A DNA stretch of 50,502 nt from Paramoeba atlantica (taxonomy: Eukaryota; Protista; Discosea). Numbering within the stretch: position 1 is the first letter of the stretch; each line of letters starts with the position of its first letter. Position numbers and translations under genes: made by a program. This document shows, piece by piece, positions 34,248-47,211 of the stretch. The notes below the pieces were generated by a model that did no database searches, was not told the origin of the DNA, and saw nothing but the letters and a program-made list of their open reading frames with translations. The stretch covers positions 1-50,502 of the forward strand of contig CDRNVI010000061.1 in assembly GCA_977017575.1 (NCBI GenBank). Direction: 5' to 3'.

Positions 34248-35314
34248 AGCTTTCAACTGGGACATATTTGGTTGGTTAGATCTGCTGACCCTCAACCGAC
34301 GGAGGGCGACCTGTGTCTGTATATAAAGCATCTGAAGGAAGAGCGCAGCTATGCACCCAAAACTATGTGGAGCGTATGCTCCATGATAGGTAAAGTTATC
34401 AGCGCTAAGTTTGATATCAGACCTCTAAAAGATTGGCCGAGGGTGGTCGACCAGCTCGAGGGCTATGAAAAGAATGGAGATCCGATCAAAAAAACTGAAA
34501 CATTCACCGCCCATCACATGGAAATCCTCTTCTCAGAAAATCGAGAAGATGATGAGTGGGTTCGCAACATTGCCCTCGTTGCAGTGGATACTATGGAGGC
34601 CTCCGCATGGGTGAAGCACGAACTCCAACAACGAAGTGCATTTCAGAAGCAGACTCAGGGGAAATAAAGAGATTGTGGGTGAGTCTCTTTAGAGGAAAGC
34701 ACAGATCTTCCACGACGCAGTCAAAGTTTCTTGTTCCGGGAGACGCGTTACGAAAGTATCTATCTAGAATCACGATCGACAAAAAGTTTATGCCTCTGTT
34801 TCGTAACGTAATGTGGTTGAATAAAAAATCTGGTATCTCCAATGGATTAAAGAATGCGCCCATGGGGGCACAATCTATGAGAAGAATACCGAAGTTCATG
34901 GCTGCGCATCTTAACCTGGATGACGCGGAAAGCTTCACAGGACATGCGCTGCGACGCACAACAGCTTGCCATCTTACTGAAGGTGGTCGAACCGTAAGTG
35001 AGATACAGGAATTCTTTAAATGGCAGATCTCTAAGACCGCCCAAGAGTACATAGATTCCACTCGCCGCGCATCCGTAAAGGTAGCTGAGACACTTCAGGG
35101 TACCTCAGAAGACTCTAATACAGCACGAAGCATGCCTTACAACAAGGGTGAAGCGACGTATTCCATGACGAACACGTATAACATTGGAGCATCTTCCAGT
35201 GTCGCCATCGTTGTCCCGTCTTTCGATGCCCCAAAGAACCAAGTTAATCGTGAAGAAGCGTTGCCAACGGTTCCGAAATATGAAGATTCAACCGATGATG
35301 AATATGAGGAGTGA
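34248..35314 (+). pseudogene. Crypton-like tyrosine recombinase, frameshifted (unit 1)
   Basis: YAPKTMWS..MI, KKTETFT, (VG)YYGGLRMGE (R, 34604), GHALRRT (H-x-x-R, 34943), FKW (35021) and AQEY (Y, 35048). A frameshift lies at ~34585 and the N-terminus is degenerate. Confidence 0.85.
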
Positions 35315-35486
35315 AGGTGGTGTAAATGTAGCCTTATCCCCTTTTTTTATATTTTTTCTCATGCTTCGGCGGAGGGAAAAGTAGGAAACAAAAGTGTGGG
35401 CGGAGGGAAAAGTAACCTGAGCGTGAAGAAAATTTTCTGAAAAAAGCGTTGAAAAGCGGAAGAATATCAGGAAAATATCTTTTTAC

Positions 35487-35646
35487 CATTTTTTTCGCCA
35501 AGTTGAATTTTTTTTCAATTTGTTGTGAAAAAATCCGAGTTTGGCGGACCCGTACTGCGGATACGCGGGGTTGTCACCCCCGGGTAGGTGGGTGGAAAAT
35601 ACGCGCCAAGATCCCGGCTGCCCCTTCTGCGGTTTTTTTTCGAAAA
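35487..35646 (-). repeat. GC-rich core shared with element S, in a different repeat context (S2); also near 42761-42920 and 49893-50052
   Basis: Aligns by eye with S at 28009-28172 with scattered substitutions; the flanks are unrelated to S. Confidence 0.8.
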
Positions 35647-35701
35647 AGATTTTTTTCAAAAAATATTTCGTGCGGTATGCCCCCCCCTCGGGCCCCCCGC
35701 C

Positions 35702-35883
35702 ACTCGCACACTGATAGTGCATAAAACTCGCACACTGATAATGCATAAAACTCGCACACTGATAATGCATATTGGCACACTGATAATGCATATTAGCACA
35801 CTTATAATGCATATAGGCGCACTGATAATGCATAAAAACTCGCACACTGATAATGCATAAAACTCGCACACTGATAATGCATA
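35702..35883. repeat. 21-25-bp minisatellite, core GCACACTGATAATGCATA x8; also 42977-43158 and 50109-50290
   Basis: Eight cores separated by short variable linkers (AAACTC, TTG, TTA, TAG). Confidence 0.92.
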
Positions 35884-35970
35884 TTTTGAGCAAGCCCTTC
35901 GAAAACAAATTGAGTCCTTCAAAAAAATTGGAGAAAGGCCCTAGAAAAAAAAATCTAGAAAAAAAGGCGG

Positions 35971-36241
35971 AAGCCAAGACCTTGTTTACCCTTCTGCAAG
36001 ATAACAACGTCTGACGTTAGTGGGAAGCTATTTGCGAAGCCCAACAATTCCACCATACGCAACCCGTGATAAGCCAAGACCTTGTTTACCCGTCTGCAAG
36101 ATAACAACGTCTGACGTTAGTGGGAGGCTATTTGCGAAGCCCAACAATTCCACCATACCCAACCCGTGATAAGCCAAGACCTTGTTTACCCTTCTGCAAG
36201 ATAACAACGTCTGACGTTAGTGGGAGGCTATTTGCGAAGCC
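35971..36241. repeat. 100-bp tandem repeat (2.7 copies here; 1.7 copies at 43246-43416; at least 1.2 copies from 50378)
   Basis: AAGCCAAGACC recurs at 35971, 36071 and 36171. The copy-number difference accounts for most of the 7274 vs 7175 offset. Confidence 0.93.
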
Positions 36242-36273
36242 AAACTCTCATCACATTTTCAGGGGTCATTTTG

Positions 36274-36479
36274 ACCAGCTCCCTTACCCGGCTTAAACCT
36301 CTTGGGTAAGCCGTGTTGACGTACAATTCGTCGACGCAGCGTGTTGGCAACAGCACGTTGGTGCCGCCTTGGACAAGCGGAAACTGGTAGAGGACGTCGG
36401 CCTCGGAACTTCCAAATCTGTCTCTGAAGGGTCTGGATTGCCAGTGACCATCCGGAGCAATCCGGAATGAATCCGGAAT
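36274..36479 (+). mobile_element. SINE-2 3' half (5'-truncated)
   Basis: Matches 24968-25170; tail ATCCGGAGCAATCCGGAATGAATCCGGAAT. Confidence 0.85.
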
Positions 36480-36871
36480 AGTTTCTTTTCTTGTTCTTTC
36501 CAACGAAAATTAAAGTTTGAAGATAGTACGCAGTGTCTGGTTGGAATAGGGGGGATGCAAACCTTTTGTTTACGTATCGACGAGAAAAATCGACGATTTA
36601 CGATTATATGATCTAGTTGTTTCGTCAAACCTTCTGGATATTTGGACTTTGGAAAGCGATATGTCCACTTGCGCCGCGCACAGCATCCTTCATGTGCAGA
36701 CTGGGCGCCCATTGAATGCAACAAACTGCGTAGCGCCTTAGTCCGCTTAGTGCGGCATTTCCAGCCTCGTACTGTAAGAAGAGGTGCATTTAAATCCCCG
36801 CAAATGATTTTCACAGGGCTTTTATCATCATACCAGACATCGAACAAATTTTGATCAAAGGTACCTTTGAT
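36480..36871 (-). pseudogene. APE C-terminal fragment (inverted relative to LINE-C), unit 2
   Basis: IICGDLNAP..RKWTY..QLDHIIV..PTRHCVL; near-identical to 31161-31540. Confidence 0.9.
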
Positions 36872-39722
36872 AGATGTGTTAGCTGTTGCAGAAACATTGT
36901 GCCAAAAAGAATTCGGTCGGAGGATCAGAAGTCCGAAAACGCGCCAAAAATGGAAATAGATAAGGCCAGCGAAATATCTTGGACAAGACCCTCTTCTGCT
37001 GTTAGAGTGGCCGCATCTAGTCTGCCTAAGAAAACTAGTAACGCAAAAGAAATTCGCATTGATGCTGAAACAGATCTATCCGGATTTGACATGAAGTCTC
37101 TGCTGAAGATTGTGGGTAATAAAACTATGTTTGCTACTGCATGAATAGAATTCTCTGAAAAGCTAGGCTCCTCTATTATAAATGAGTGCGACGCCCTGAA
37201 AAAAGAGCTTAAATCAACTCCAAAATCCGCGCACAGAACAATTCGAAAAATTGTAGGGGACAAGAAGCAAGATTTTCCGCTAGTTTCAACTACGGTAAAC
37301 AGCAGCCTTAATATAGTGAAGAATCATTTCAGCATGGTAGGGAGTAGTGCTTACAAAGGTCATGAAGCAATAAGTTTACCTGCTGCACCAAAACGACTGG
37401 CAAAAATTGATGATGGTGAATTTGGAGTGGAGGAACTAACTGCTGCGATGGTAAAGATTAATTCAGGAAAAGCTACAGGCGATGATCATATCCCTGTTGA
37501 AGCTCTACGTGCTATTTCAGCTGATCAAGACTTGCGTAATGCTCTCCTGGATATAATGAATGAAGTACGAAAAACCGGAAAAGCGGATGAATCTTGGGAA
37601 TCGATATTGCAGGTCCCATTGCCAAAGAAAGGTAACTTGCGCTCACTCACAAATTGGAGACCAATCTTTCTTGTGAATCATGTAGTGAAGATTTTGAATC
37701 AAATCATTTTAGACAGAATACAACCAGCAGTGGAAAGTTTGCTTCGCGGGAATCAATTCGGCTTTCGACCAAACCGCTCAACAGCTGGCGCTCAGGCAAC
37801 GTTTTTAGAAATAATGGAAAAATCACGCCGAGGGGCTGTGGTGTTCGTCTGTTTCGTCGACTTTCAACAAGCCTTTCCTTCATTATCATTCGCTGCGATA
37901 AAAGAGACATTACGTGCTTTCGATATTCCCGAAAATCTCAGTTCTACGGTCATGTGTATTTATCAAAATCTCAAATCGCACGTGAAAACACCATACGGTA
38001 ATACAGACTCATTTCCACTTTTACAGGGGACTCTTCAAGGTGACGTTCTGGCCCCATACCTGTTTATTATGGTTCTTGATCGTATTTTAGTTGAATCTAT
38101 CGACATAAATCGCTTAGGGCTTGTGACACATAGCTCAGGAACTAGGAGCAGAGGCCTAAAGGAACTGCGTGTATCTGATATAAATTATGCTGATGATATA
38201 GTTTTCTTCTCCGAATCCAAGGAGGAGCTAAGCACAATGTTGCACAAACTTAAAACTTCCGCAGAAAAAGCAAATTTGAAAATAAATGTCGGACCAAACA
38301 AAACGGCACGGATGACACTAGGTAAAGTTAAGGATGATGGAAGACCTTTGCAAGTAGTGACACTCGGCGATATACCAAAAGTCAAACAAAAAAAAATACC
38401 AAAAGTTACATATTATCGCTACTTGGGTAGCACTCAGAACGAGGAGGATCGCAGCTCAAACTCACAAGAAAGTGTACGATTAGGTTGGGCAATAATGCAC
38501 AAACTCAAAGCCATATGGAGTTCTACTATATCACCAAAAAGCAAATTACACATCTTTAAGTCTCTCGTTCAATCAGTGGTCTATTATAATCCAGGGACTT
38601 GGAATTTAAATAAGATAGAGCTGATGAAGTGGAAGTCCAAATGAACAGAATGAGGAGGGTCATATTGGGAGTCAAGTGCTCGAAAGAGGCGCATTGCAGA
38701 GTAGACTCTCTTTACCCCACTGACCTAAAGCCCAATACTGTGATACAATTGCAACGTGCCTCGCTAGTAGGCCACCTTATTCGTCACCCTACTCCATTCG
38801 TAACTGCCGTACTATGGAGAACGAATGATGAGAGTTCCAAGCCATCGCTATCAGAAAGATGTGCAAAAGAGTTACATTCTGACGTATCTGAGATTCTAAA
38901 ACTTGGTCAAAATCGGTCTCAATGGTGCAAGAAACTTGAAAATCTTCAAAATCAGCTTGAACCCAGGCCCTCGTACACTAAAACAACCTCAAAACTATGG
39001 GAAAATCTTTTGGTAAAGGGGGTAAACAAGGGGTGCTACGAAACCCTACAATACATTGAAGAAGGGCGGCAACCATTTCCAATCGGGCCAAATGAAACAC
39101 ACATTTATACAGATGGAGCACGAATCGTTAAAAAGGATGAAACTCACACAGGTTGTGGGGTAGTCTGCCCCGCCGCGGGCCCTCTATATCTCTTGGGTTA
39201 AAACCTCCTCATGAATTCTCTCAATCTATTCAGGAAATAGAATCCTTTGCCGCGCACGAGGCTCTTCTCATCGCATTGTCCTACGACGGAGATGTCATTT
39301 TGCACACGGATTCTGAGTATGTTTGGGATTTCTTTCATGGAGCTATCCATAGGTTCAGATTCATAGGATTTAAATCATTTGAGGGAGGCGCTATACTTCA
39401 GAAATTGCAAGAAACATATATTTCGCTAAGATGGACAAAGCGCTTCTACTGCGTAAAAGTTAAAGCGCATAACGAAAATCCACATAATTATATGGCAGAC
39501 TGGGTGGCTAGTAAAATAAGCAAGGGAGAAAATGCTTTGAGATTCTACGGCGAGATTCCTCATGCAGAAGACAAGCGCAAAAACCATACCAATGGTGATT
39601 CTAATGGCAGCAAAATGCAGCGCAAACTTAAATCGGTAACCTCTAGCCAAATATGCACAACAACAACAACAACAACAACTACAAAGACACTGATATTTGA
39701 ATATCAGTTAAAGGGTCTGTAA
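36854..39722 (+). pseudogene. LINE-C linker, RT and RNase H, with a stop and two frameshifts (unit 2)
   Basis: ORF 37316-38644: PKKG, NWRPI, GTLQGDVLAPYLF, DINYADD, YLGS. ORF 38629-39201: GHLIRH, IYTDGA. ORF 39153-39722: E, HTDSEY, H, MADW. (CAA)7 at 39658-39678. Confidence 0.93.
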
Positions 39723-40036
39723 TTTACACCATAAAATAGAACCCACCTACGTACAAGCTCACTTGGCTTTTACGCGTAGAAGCATCTTCTACGACCATGA
39801 CTTCCTCATTACTTTCTTTGGTAAATAACCCGTTAGGTGCGAATGCGGCTTCCGGCGCTTTGCTTTCATAACCATTTGACTTCCTTATCTGTTGGCTCTA
39901 TATTCCTGTTTTTGCCTAGGGCAAAGAGCGAAACAGCTTAATAAATCCAAATCTTATTGACAAAATCAATATCCTATCTCTCTTCTTCATAAAACGTATA
40001 TTAATACTAATGGCATAGTGTATTTAACGACTTCCA

Positions 40037-40859
40037 TTAGCATGGTTTTGCTTTCCTCATTTGCTCAATGAGATCTCCTTGTAGATTTTTGCATCTTGCT
40101 TTCATCCTCTCTAAGCGAGCGTTTCCTCTGAGGGGTTCTTCCCGTAAGTACTCATATGCAAACTGGGATCTCATTCTTGACGCATGTGTCTTCTGCACTC
40201 TTGCGCAGTTTTGTACCAACTTTTTCATTGGTTTTGGTCGATTTTCCTTTCGAACGGATGCGTTTCAATGTTTTTGATGAAGGGGTTCTACTAACAACTT
40301 CATTTTGAGAAAGAGCCTCAGATTTGGGGGGATGGGGTGTTTCCTCTTCAGCCCTCACCTGTGTAAACGCAAAAACTGGCAAAGTCCGTTTTTGTAACGA
40401 TTTGATCTTTTTGTCTGTGTTCAGTGGGGTCATGTTTCGTCTTTTGGAGCAGGATTTTTCTTCCAAACCACGGAAACAAAAGGAGGCGTTTTCGTCAGAC
40501 TGTTGAGAAGCTCTTTTCGCAAGCCAGTCCGATGTGTCATTATGTGGGTTCCCTTCATGCCCCCTAACCTTGATGATGAACACGCGTCGGTCAGCTTCTA
40601 ATTGAAAGCAGACACGATGTATCTTTGATAAGAGGTCCGAATTTTCAAATTGGTGAAACCCGAATAGAGAAAACCTGTTCCGAATCACATGGAAAAATTC
40701 CCATACATACGCAGAGTCTGTGTGAATGATAATATCCTTCTCATGCTTCATTGACATCTGCAGAGCCTCGTAGACAGCATAAAGTTCCGCAGCTGTTATT
40801 GTGAGTGATAATTCTGAGCCAAATATGCACCCATGGTGAGCACGTAAAAATATTGCCAA
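40037..40859 (-). pseudogene. LINE-D RNase H fragment, unit 2
   Basis: Copy of 32763-33585 with a few substitutions. Confidence 0.85.
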
Positions 40860-41521
40860 AAAGTAGGACAGTTAGCAAAGGCGTTTGCTAACGTACAGAG
40901 ATAGAAACGGAAACGAAACGCACAAGATCACAAGAACGCGTACAGTCCAACAACACAAAAAGGCTAAAAGACATTGAGTCAAAGCAACAGTTGCCTCATG
41001 TAGCACGTATTGTTATGAGTGATCGGGTTAAATTTAGAGCTCCGCAAAGAAAGAGGAGTAATCAGTTATACCAGGAGAATGATGAGCCAAGCCATGAAAG
41101 TCTGGACACAAAGGGGTCACGTCAAAAAACACTCAGTAAAAGAGAGAACTGCGTCAAAAAGACAGAAAAGCGTCAGGGGAAAGACGATAGATCGCGCACT
41201 AAGAACGTATTACGAACACCAAAGAAATGATACCCCCCTCATACCCCCCTTGATCGCATTTTCTGAACAGGTGAGGGATAGTGTGATAAGGTGATATGCT
41301 GTTGTTTCTCGTGAAAATATTTTTTATTAGGTAAACCGTTTGTGCTGAAAATGAAAAGTCGATTTCATATCACAATTCTTTGACTAAGTACTGGAACGTC
41401 ATTCACCTCGAATGATTAGGATACATGGAAGTTGTTGCAAGATGTTTTTGAAAAGCTTCTGGTGAATATGTTAGTTTTGTGGACACCGCCAAAGTGTTTT
41501 ATGGGTAGGAGAAATTTGTGA

Positions 41522-42588
41522 AGCTTTCAACTGGGACATATTTGGTTGGTTAGATCTGCTGACCCTCAACCGACGGAGGGCGACCTGTGTCTGTATATAA
41601 AGCATCTGAAGGAAGAGCGCAGCTATGCACCCAAAACTATGTGGAGCGTATGCTCCATGATAGGTAAAGTTATCAGCGCTAAGTTTGATATCAGACCTCT
41701 AAAAGATTGGCCGAGGGTGGTCGACCAGCTCGAGGGCTATGAAAAGAATGGAGATCCGATCAAAAAAACTGAAACATTCACCGCCCATCACATGGAAATC
41801 CTCTTCTCAGAAAATCGAGAAGATGATGAGTGGGTTCGCAACATTGCCCTCGTTGCAGTGGATACTATGGAGGCCTCCGCATGGGTGAAGCACGAACTCC
41901 AACAACGAAGTGCATTTCAGAAGCAGACTCAGGGGAAATAAAGAGATTGTGGGTGAGTCTCTTTAGAGGAAAGCACAGATCTTCCACGACGCAGTCAAAG
42001 TTTCTTGTTCCGGGAGACGCGTTACGAAAGTATCTATCTAGAATCACGATCGACAAAAAGTTTATGCCTCTGTTTCGTAACGTAATGTGGTTGAATAAAA
42101 AATCTGGTATCTCCAATGGATTAAAGAATGCGCCCATGGGGGCACAATCTATGAAAAGAATACCGAAGTTCATGGCTGCGCATCTTAACCTGGATGACGC
42201 GGAAAGCTTCACAGGACATGCGCTGCGACGCACAACAGCTTGCCATCTTACTGAAGGTGGTCGAACCGTAAGTGAGATACAGGAATTCTTTAAATGGCAG
42301 ATCTCTAAGACCGCCCAAGAGTACATAGATTCCACTCGCCGCGCATCCGTAAAGGTAGCTGAGACACTTCAGGGTACCTCAGAAGACTCTAATACAGCAC
42401 GAAGCATGCCTTACAACAAGGGTGAAGCAACGTATTCCATGACGAACACGTATAACATTGGAGCATCTTCCAGTGTCGCCATCGTTGTCCCGTCTTTCGA
42501 TGCCCCAAAGAACCAAGTTAATCGTGAAGAAGCGTTGCCAACGGTTCCGAAATATGAAGATTCAACCGATGATGAATATGAGGAGTGA
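41522..42588 (+). pseudogene. Crypton-like tyrosine recombinase, unit 2
   Basis: Same motifs and same frameshift as unit 1. Confidence 0.85.
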
Positions 42589-43448
42589 AGGTGGTGTAAA
42601 TGTAGCCTTATCCCCTTTTTTTATATTTTTTCTCATGCTTCGGCGGAGGGAAAAGTAGGAAACAAAAGTGTGGGCGGAGGGAAAAGTAACCTGAGCGTGA
42701 AGAAAATTTTCTGAAAAAAGCGTTGAAAAGCGGAAGAATATCAGGAAAATATCTTTTTACCATTTTTTTCGCCAAGTTGAATTTTTTTTCAATTTGTTGT
42801 GAAAAAATCCGAGTTTGGCGGACCCGTACTGCGGATACGCGGGGTTGTCACCCCCGGGTAGGTGGGTGGAAAATACGCGCCAAGATCCCGGCTGCCCCTT
42901 CTGCGGTTTTTTTTCGAAAAAGATTTTTTTCAAAAAATATTTCGTGCGGTATGCCCCCCCCTCGGGACCCCCCGCCACTCGCACACTGATAGTGCATAAA
43001 ACTCGCACACTGATAATGCATAAAACTCGCACACTGATAATGCATATTGGCACACTGATAATGCATATTAGCACACTTATAATGCATATAGGCGCACTGA
43101 TAATGCATAAAAACTCGCACACTGATAATGCATAAAACTCGCACACTGATAATGCATATTTTGAGCAAGCCCTTCGAAAACAAATTGAGTCCTTCAAAAA
43201 AATTGGAGAAAGGCCGTAGAAAAAAAAATCTAGAAAAAAAGGCGGAAGCCAAGACCTTGTTTACCCTTCTGCAAGATAACAACGTCTGACGTTAGTGGGA
43301 AGCTATTTGCGAAACCCAACAATTCCACCATACCCAACCCGTGATAAGCCAAGACCTTGTTTACCCGTCTGCAAGATAACAACGTCTGACGTTAGTGGGA
43401 GGCTATTTGCGAAGCCCAACTCTCATCACATTTTCAGGGGTCATTTTG

Positions 43449-43654
43449 ACCAGATCCCTTACCCGGCTTAAACCTCTTGGGTAAGCCGTGTTGACGTACA
43501 ATTCGTCGACGCAGCGTGTTGGCAACAGCACGTTGGTGCCGCCTTGGACAAGCGGAAACTGGTAGAGGACGTCGGCCTCGGAACTTCCAAATCTGTCTCT
43601 GAAGGGTCTGGCTTGCCAGTGACCATCCGGAGCAATCCGGAATGAATCCGGAAT
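43449..43654 (+). mobile_element. SINE-2 3' half, unit 2
   Basis: Copy of 36274-36479. Confidence 0.85.
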
Positions 43655-44046
43655 AGTTTCTTTTCTTGTTCTTTCCAACGAAAATTAAAGTTTGAAGATA
43701 GTACGCAGTGTCTGGTTGGAATAGGGGGGATGCAAACCTTTTGTTTACGTATCGACGAGAAAAATCGACGATTTACGATTATATGATCTAGTTGTTTCGT
43801 CAAACCTTCTGGATATTTGGACTTTGGAAAGCGATATGTCCACTTGCGCCGCGCACAGCATCCTTCATGTGCAGACTGGGCGCCCATTGAATGCAACAAA
43901 CTGCGTAGCGCCTTAGTCCGCTTAGTGCGGCATTTCCAGCCTCGTACTGTAAGAAGAGGTGCATTTAAATCTCCGCAAATGATTTTCACAGGGCTTTTAT
44001 CATCATACCAGACATCGAACAAATTTTGATCAAAGGTACCTTTGAT
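43655..44046 (-). pseudogene. APE C-terminal fragment, unit 3
   Basis: Copy of 36480-36871. Confidence 0.9.
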
Positions 44047-46897
44047 AGATGTGTTAGCTGTTGCAGAAACATTGTGCCAAAAAGAATTCGGTCGGAGGAT
44101 CAGAAGTCCGAAAACGCGCCAAAAATGGAAATAGATAAGGCCAGCGAAATATCTTGGACAAGACCCTCTTCTGCTGTTAGAGTGACCGCATCTAGTCTGC
44201 CTAAGAAAACTAGTAACGCAAAAGAAATTCGCATTGATGCTGAAACAGATCTATCCGGATTTGACATGAAGTCTCTGCTGAAGATTGTGGGTAATAAAAC
44301 TATGTTTGCTACTGCATGAAAAGAATTCTCTGAAAAGCTAGGCTCCTCTATTATAAATGAGTGCGACGCCCTGAAAAAAGAGCTTAAATCAACTCCAAAA
44401 TCCGCGCACAGAACAATTCGAAAAATTGTAGGGGACAAGAAGCAAGATTTTCCGCTAGTTTCAACTACGGTAAACAGCAGCCTTAATATAGTGAAGAATC
44501 ATTTCAGCATGGTAGGGAGTAGTGCTTACAAAGGTCATGAAGCAATAAGTTTACCTGCTGCACCAAAACGACTGGCAAAAATTGATGATGGTGAATTTGG
44601 AGTGGAGGAACTAACTGCTGCGATGGTAAAGATTAATTCAGGAAAAGCTACAGGCGATGATCATATCCCTGTTGAAGCTCTACGTGCTATTTCAGCTGAT
44701 CAAGACTTGCGTAATGCTCTCCTGGATATAATGAATGAAGTACGAAAAACCGGAAAAGCGGATGAATCTTGGGAATCGATATTGCAGGTCCCATTGCCAA
44801 AGAAAGGTAACTTGCGCTCACTCACAAATTGGAGACCAATCTTTCTTGTGAATCATGTAGTGAAGATTTTGAATCAAATCATTTTAGACAGAATACAACC
44901 AGCAGTGGAAAGTTTGCTTCGCGGGAATCAATTCGGCTTTCGACCAAACCGCTCAACAGCTGGCGCTCAGGCAACGTTTTTAGAAATAATGGAAAAATCA
45001 CGCCGAGGGGCTGTGGTGTTCGTCTGTTTCGTCGACTTTCAACAAGCCTTTCCTTCATTATCATTCGCTGCGATAAAAGAGACATTACGTGCTTTCGATA
45101 TTCCCGAAAATCTCAGTTCTACGGTCATGTGTATTTATCAAAATCTCAAATCGCACGTGAAAACACCATACGGTAATACAGACTCATTTCCACTTTTACA
45201 GGGGACTCTTCAAGGTGACGTTCTGGCCCCATACCTGTTTATTATGGTTCTTGATCGTATTTTAGTTGAATCTATCGACATAAATCGCTTAGGGCTTGTG
45301 ACACATAGCTCAGGAACTAGGAGCAGAGGCCTAAAGGAACTGCGTGTATCTGATATAAATTATGCTGATGATATAGTTTTCTTCTCCGAATCCAAGGAGG
45401 AGCTAAGCACAATGTTGCACAAACTTAAAACTTCCGCAGAAAAAGCAAATTTGAAAATAAATGTCGGACCAAACAAAACGGCACGGATGACACTAGGTAA
45501 AGTTAAGGATGATGGAAGACCTTTGCAAGTAGTGACACTCGGCGATATACCAAAAGTCAAACAAAAAAAAATACCAAAAGTTACATATTATCGCTACTTG
45601 GGTAGCACTCAGAACGAGGAGGATCGCAGCTCAAACTCACAAGAAAGTGTACGATTAGGTTGGGCAATAATGCACAAACTCAAAGCCATATGGAGTTCTA
45701 CTATATCACCAAAAAGCAAATTACACATCTTTAAGTCTCTCGTTCAATCAGTGGTCTATTATAATCCAGGGACTTGGAATTTAAATAAGATAGAGCTGAT
45801 GAAGTGGAAGTCCAAATGAACAGAATGATGAGGGTCATATTGGGAGTCAAGTGCTCGAAAGAGGCGCATTGCAGAGTAGACTCTCTTTACCCCACTGACC
45901 TAAAGCCCAATACTGTGATACAATTGCAACGTGCCTCGCTAGTAGGCCACCTTATTCGTCACCCTACTCCATTCGTAACTGCCGTACTATGGAGAACGAA
46001 TGATGAGAGTTCCAAGCCATCGCTATCAGAAAGATGTGCAAAAGAGTTACATTCTGACGTATCTGAGATTCTAAAACTTGGTCAAAATCGGTCTCAATGG
46101 TGCAAGAAACTTGAAAATCTTCAAAATCAGCTTGAACCCAGGCCCTCGTACACTAAAACAACCTCAAAACTATGGGAAAATCTTTTGGTAAAGGGGGTAA
46201 ACAAGGGGTGCTACGAAACCCTACAATACATTGAAGAAGGGCGGCAACCATTTCCAATCGGGCCAAATGAAACACACATTTATACAGATGGAGCACGAAT
46301 CGTTAAAAAGGATGAAACTCACACAGGTTGTGGGGTAGTCTGCCCCGCCGCGGGCCCTCTATATCTCTTGGGTTAAAACCTCCTCATGAATTCTCTCAAT
46401 CTATTCAGGAAATAGAATCCTTTGCCGCGCACGAGGCTCTTCTCATCGCATTGTCCTACGACGGAGATGTCATTTTGCACACGGATTTTGAGTATGTTTG
46501 GGATTTCTTTCATGGAGCTATCCATAGGTTCAGATTCATAGGATTTAAATCATTTGAGGGAGGCGCTATACTTCAGAAATTGCAAGAAACATATATTTCG
46601 CTAAGATGGACAAAGCGCTTCTACTGCGTAAAAGTTAAAGCGCATAACGAAAATCCACATAATTATATGGCAGACTGGGTGGCTAGTAAAATAAGCAAGG
46701 GAGAAAATGCTTTGAGATTCTACGGCGAGATTCCTCATGCAGAAGACAAGCGCAAAAACCATACCAATGGTGATTCTAATGGCAGCAAAATGCAGCGCAA
46801 ACTTAAATCGGTAACCTCTAGCCAAATATGCACAACAACAACAACAACAACAACTACAAAGACACTGATATTTGAATATCAGTTAAAGGGTCTGTAA
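44029..46897 (+). pseudogene. LINE-C linker, RT and RNase H, unit 3
   Basis: ORFs 44491-45819, 45804-46376 and 46328-46897, with the same lesions as unit 2. Confidence 0.93.
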
Positions 46898-47211
46898 TTT
46901 ACACCATAAAATAGAACCCACCTACGTACAAGCTCACTTGGCTTTTACGCGTAGAAGCATCTTCTACGACCATGACTTCCTCATTACTTTCTTTGGTAAA
47001 TAACCCGTTAGGTGCGAATGCGGCTTCCGGCGCTTTGCTTTCATAACCATTTGACTTCCTTATCTGTTGGCTCTATATTCCTGTTTTTGCCTAGGGCAAA
47101 GAGCGAAACAGCTTAATAAATCCAAATCTTATTGACAAAATCAATATCCTATCTCTCTTCTTCATAAAACGTATATTAATACTAATGGCATAGTGTATTT
47201 AACGACTTCCA

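Noticed and set aside
35702-36241. CRISPR-like array (21-25-bp or 100-bp repeats, or recurring H hairpins)
   Set aside because: No unique equal-length spacers and no cas genes; the context is eukaryotic retroelements.
39658-39678. (CAA)7 as the definite 3' tail of LINE-C
   Set aside because: The ORF reads through it, related lineages have much longer C-terminal tails, and no TSD was found. It may be a tail or an internal microsatellite.
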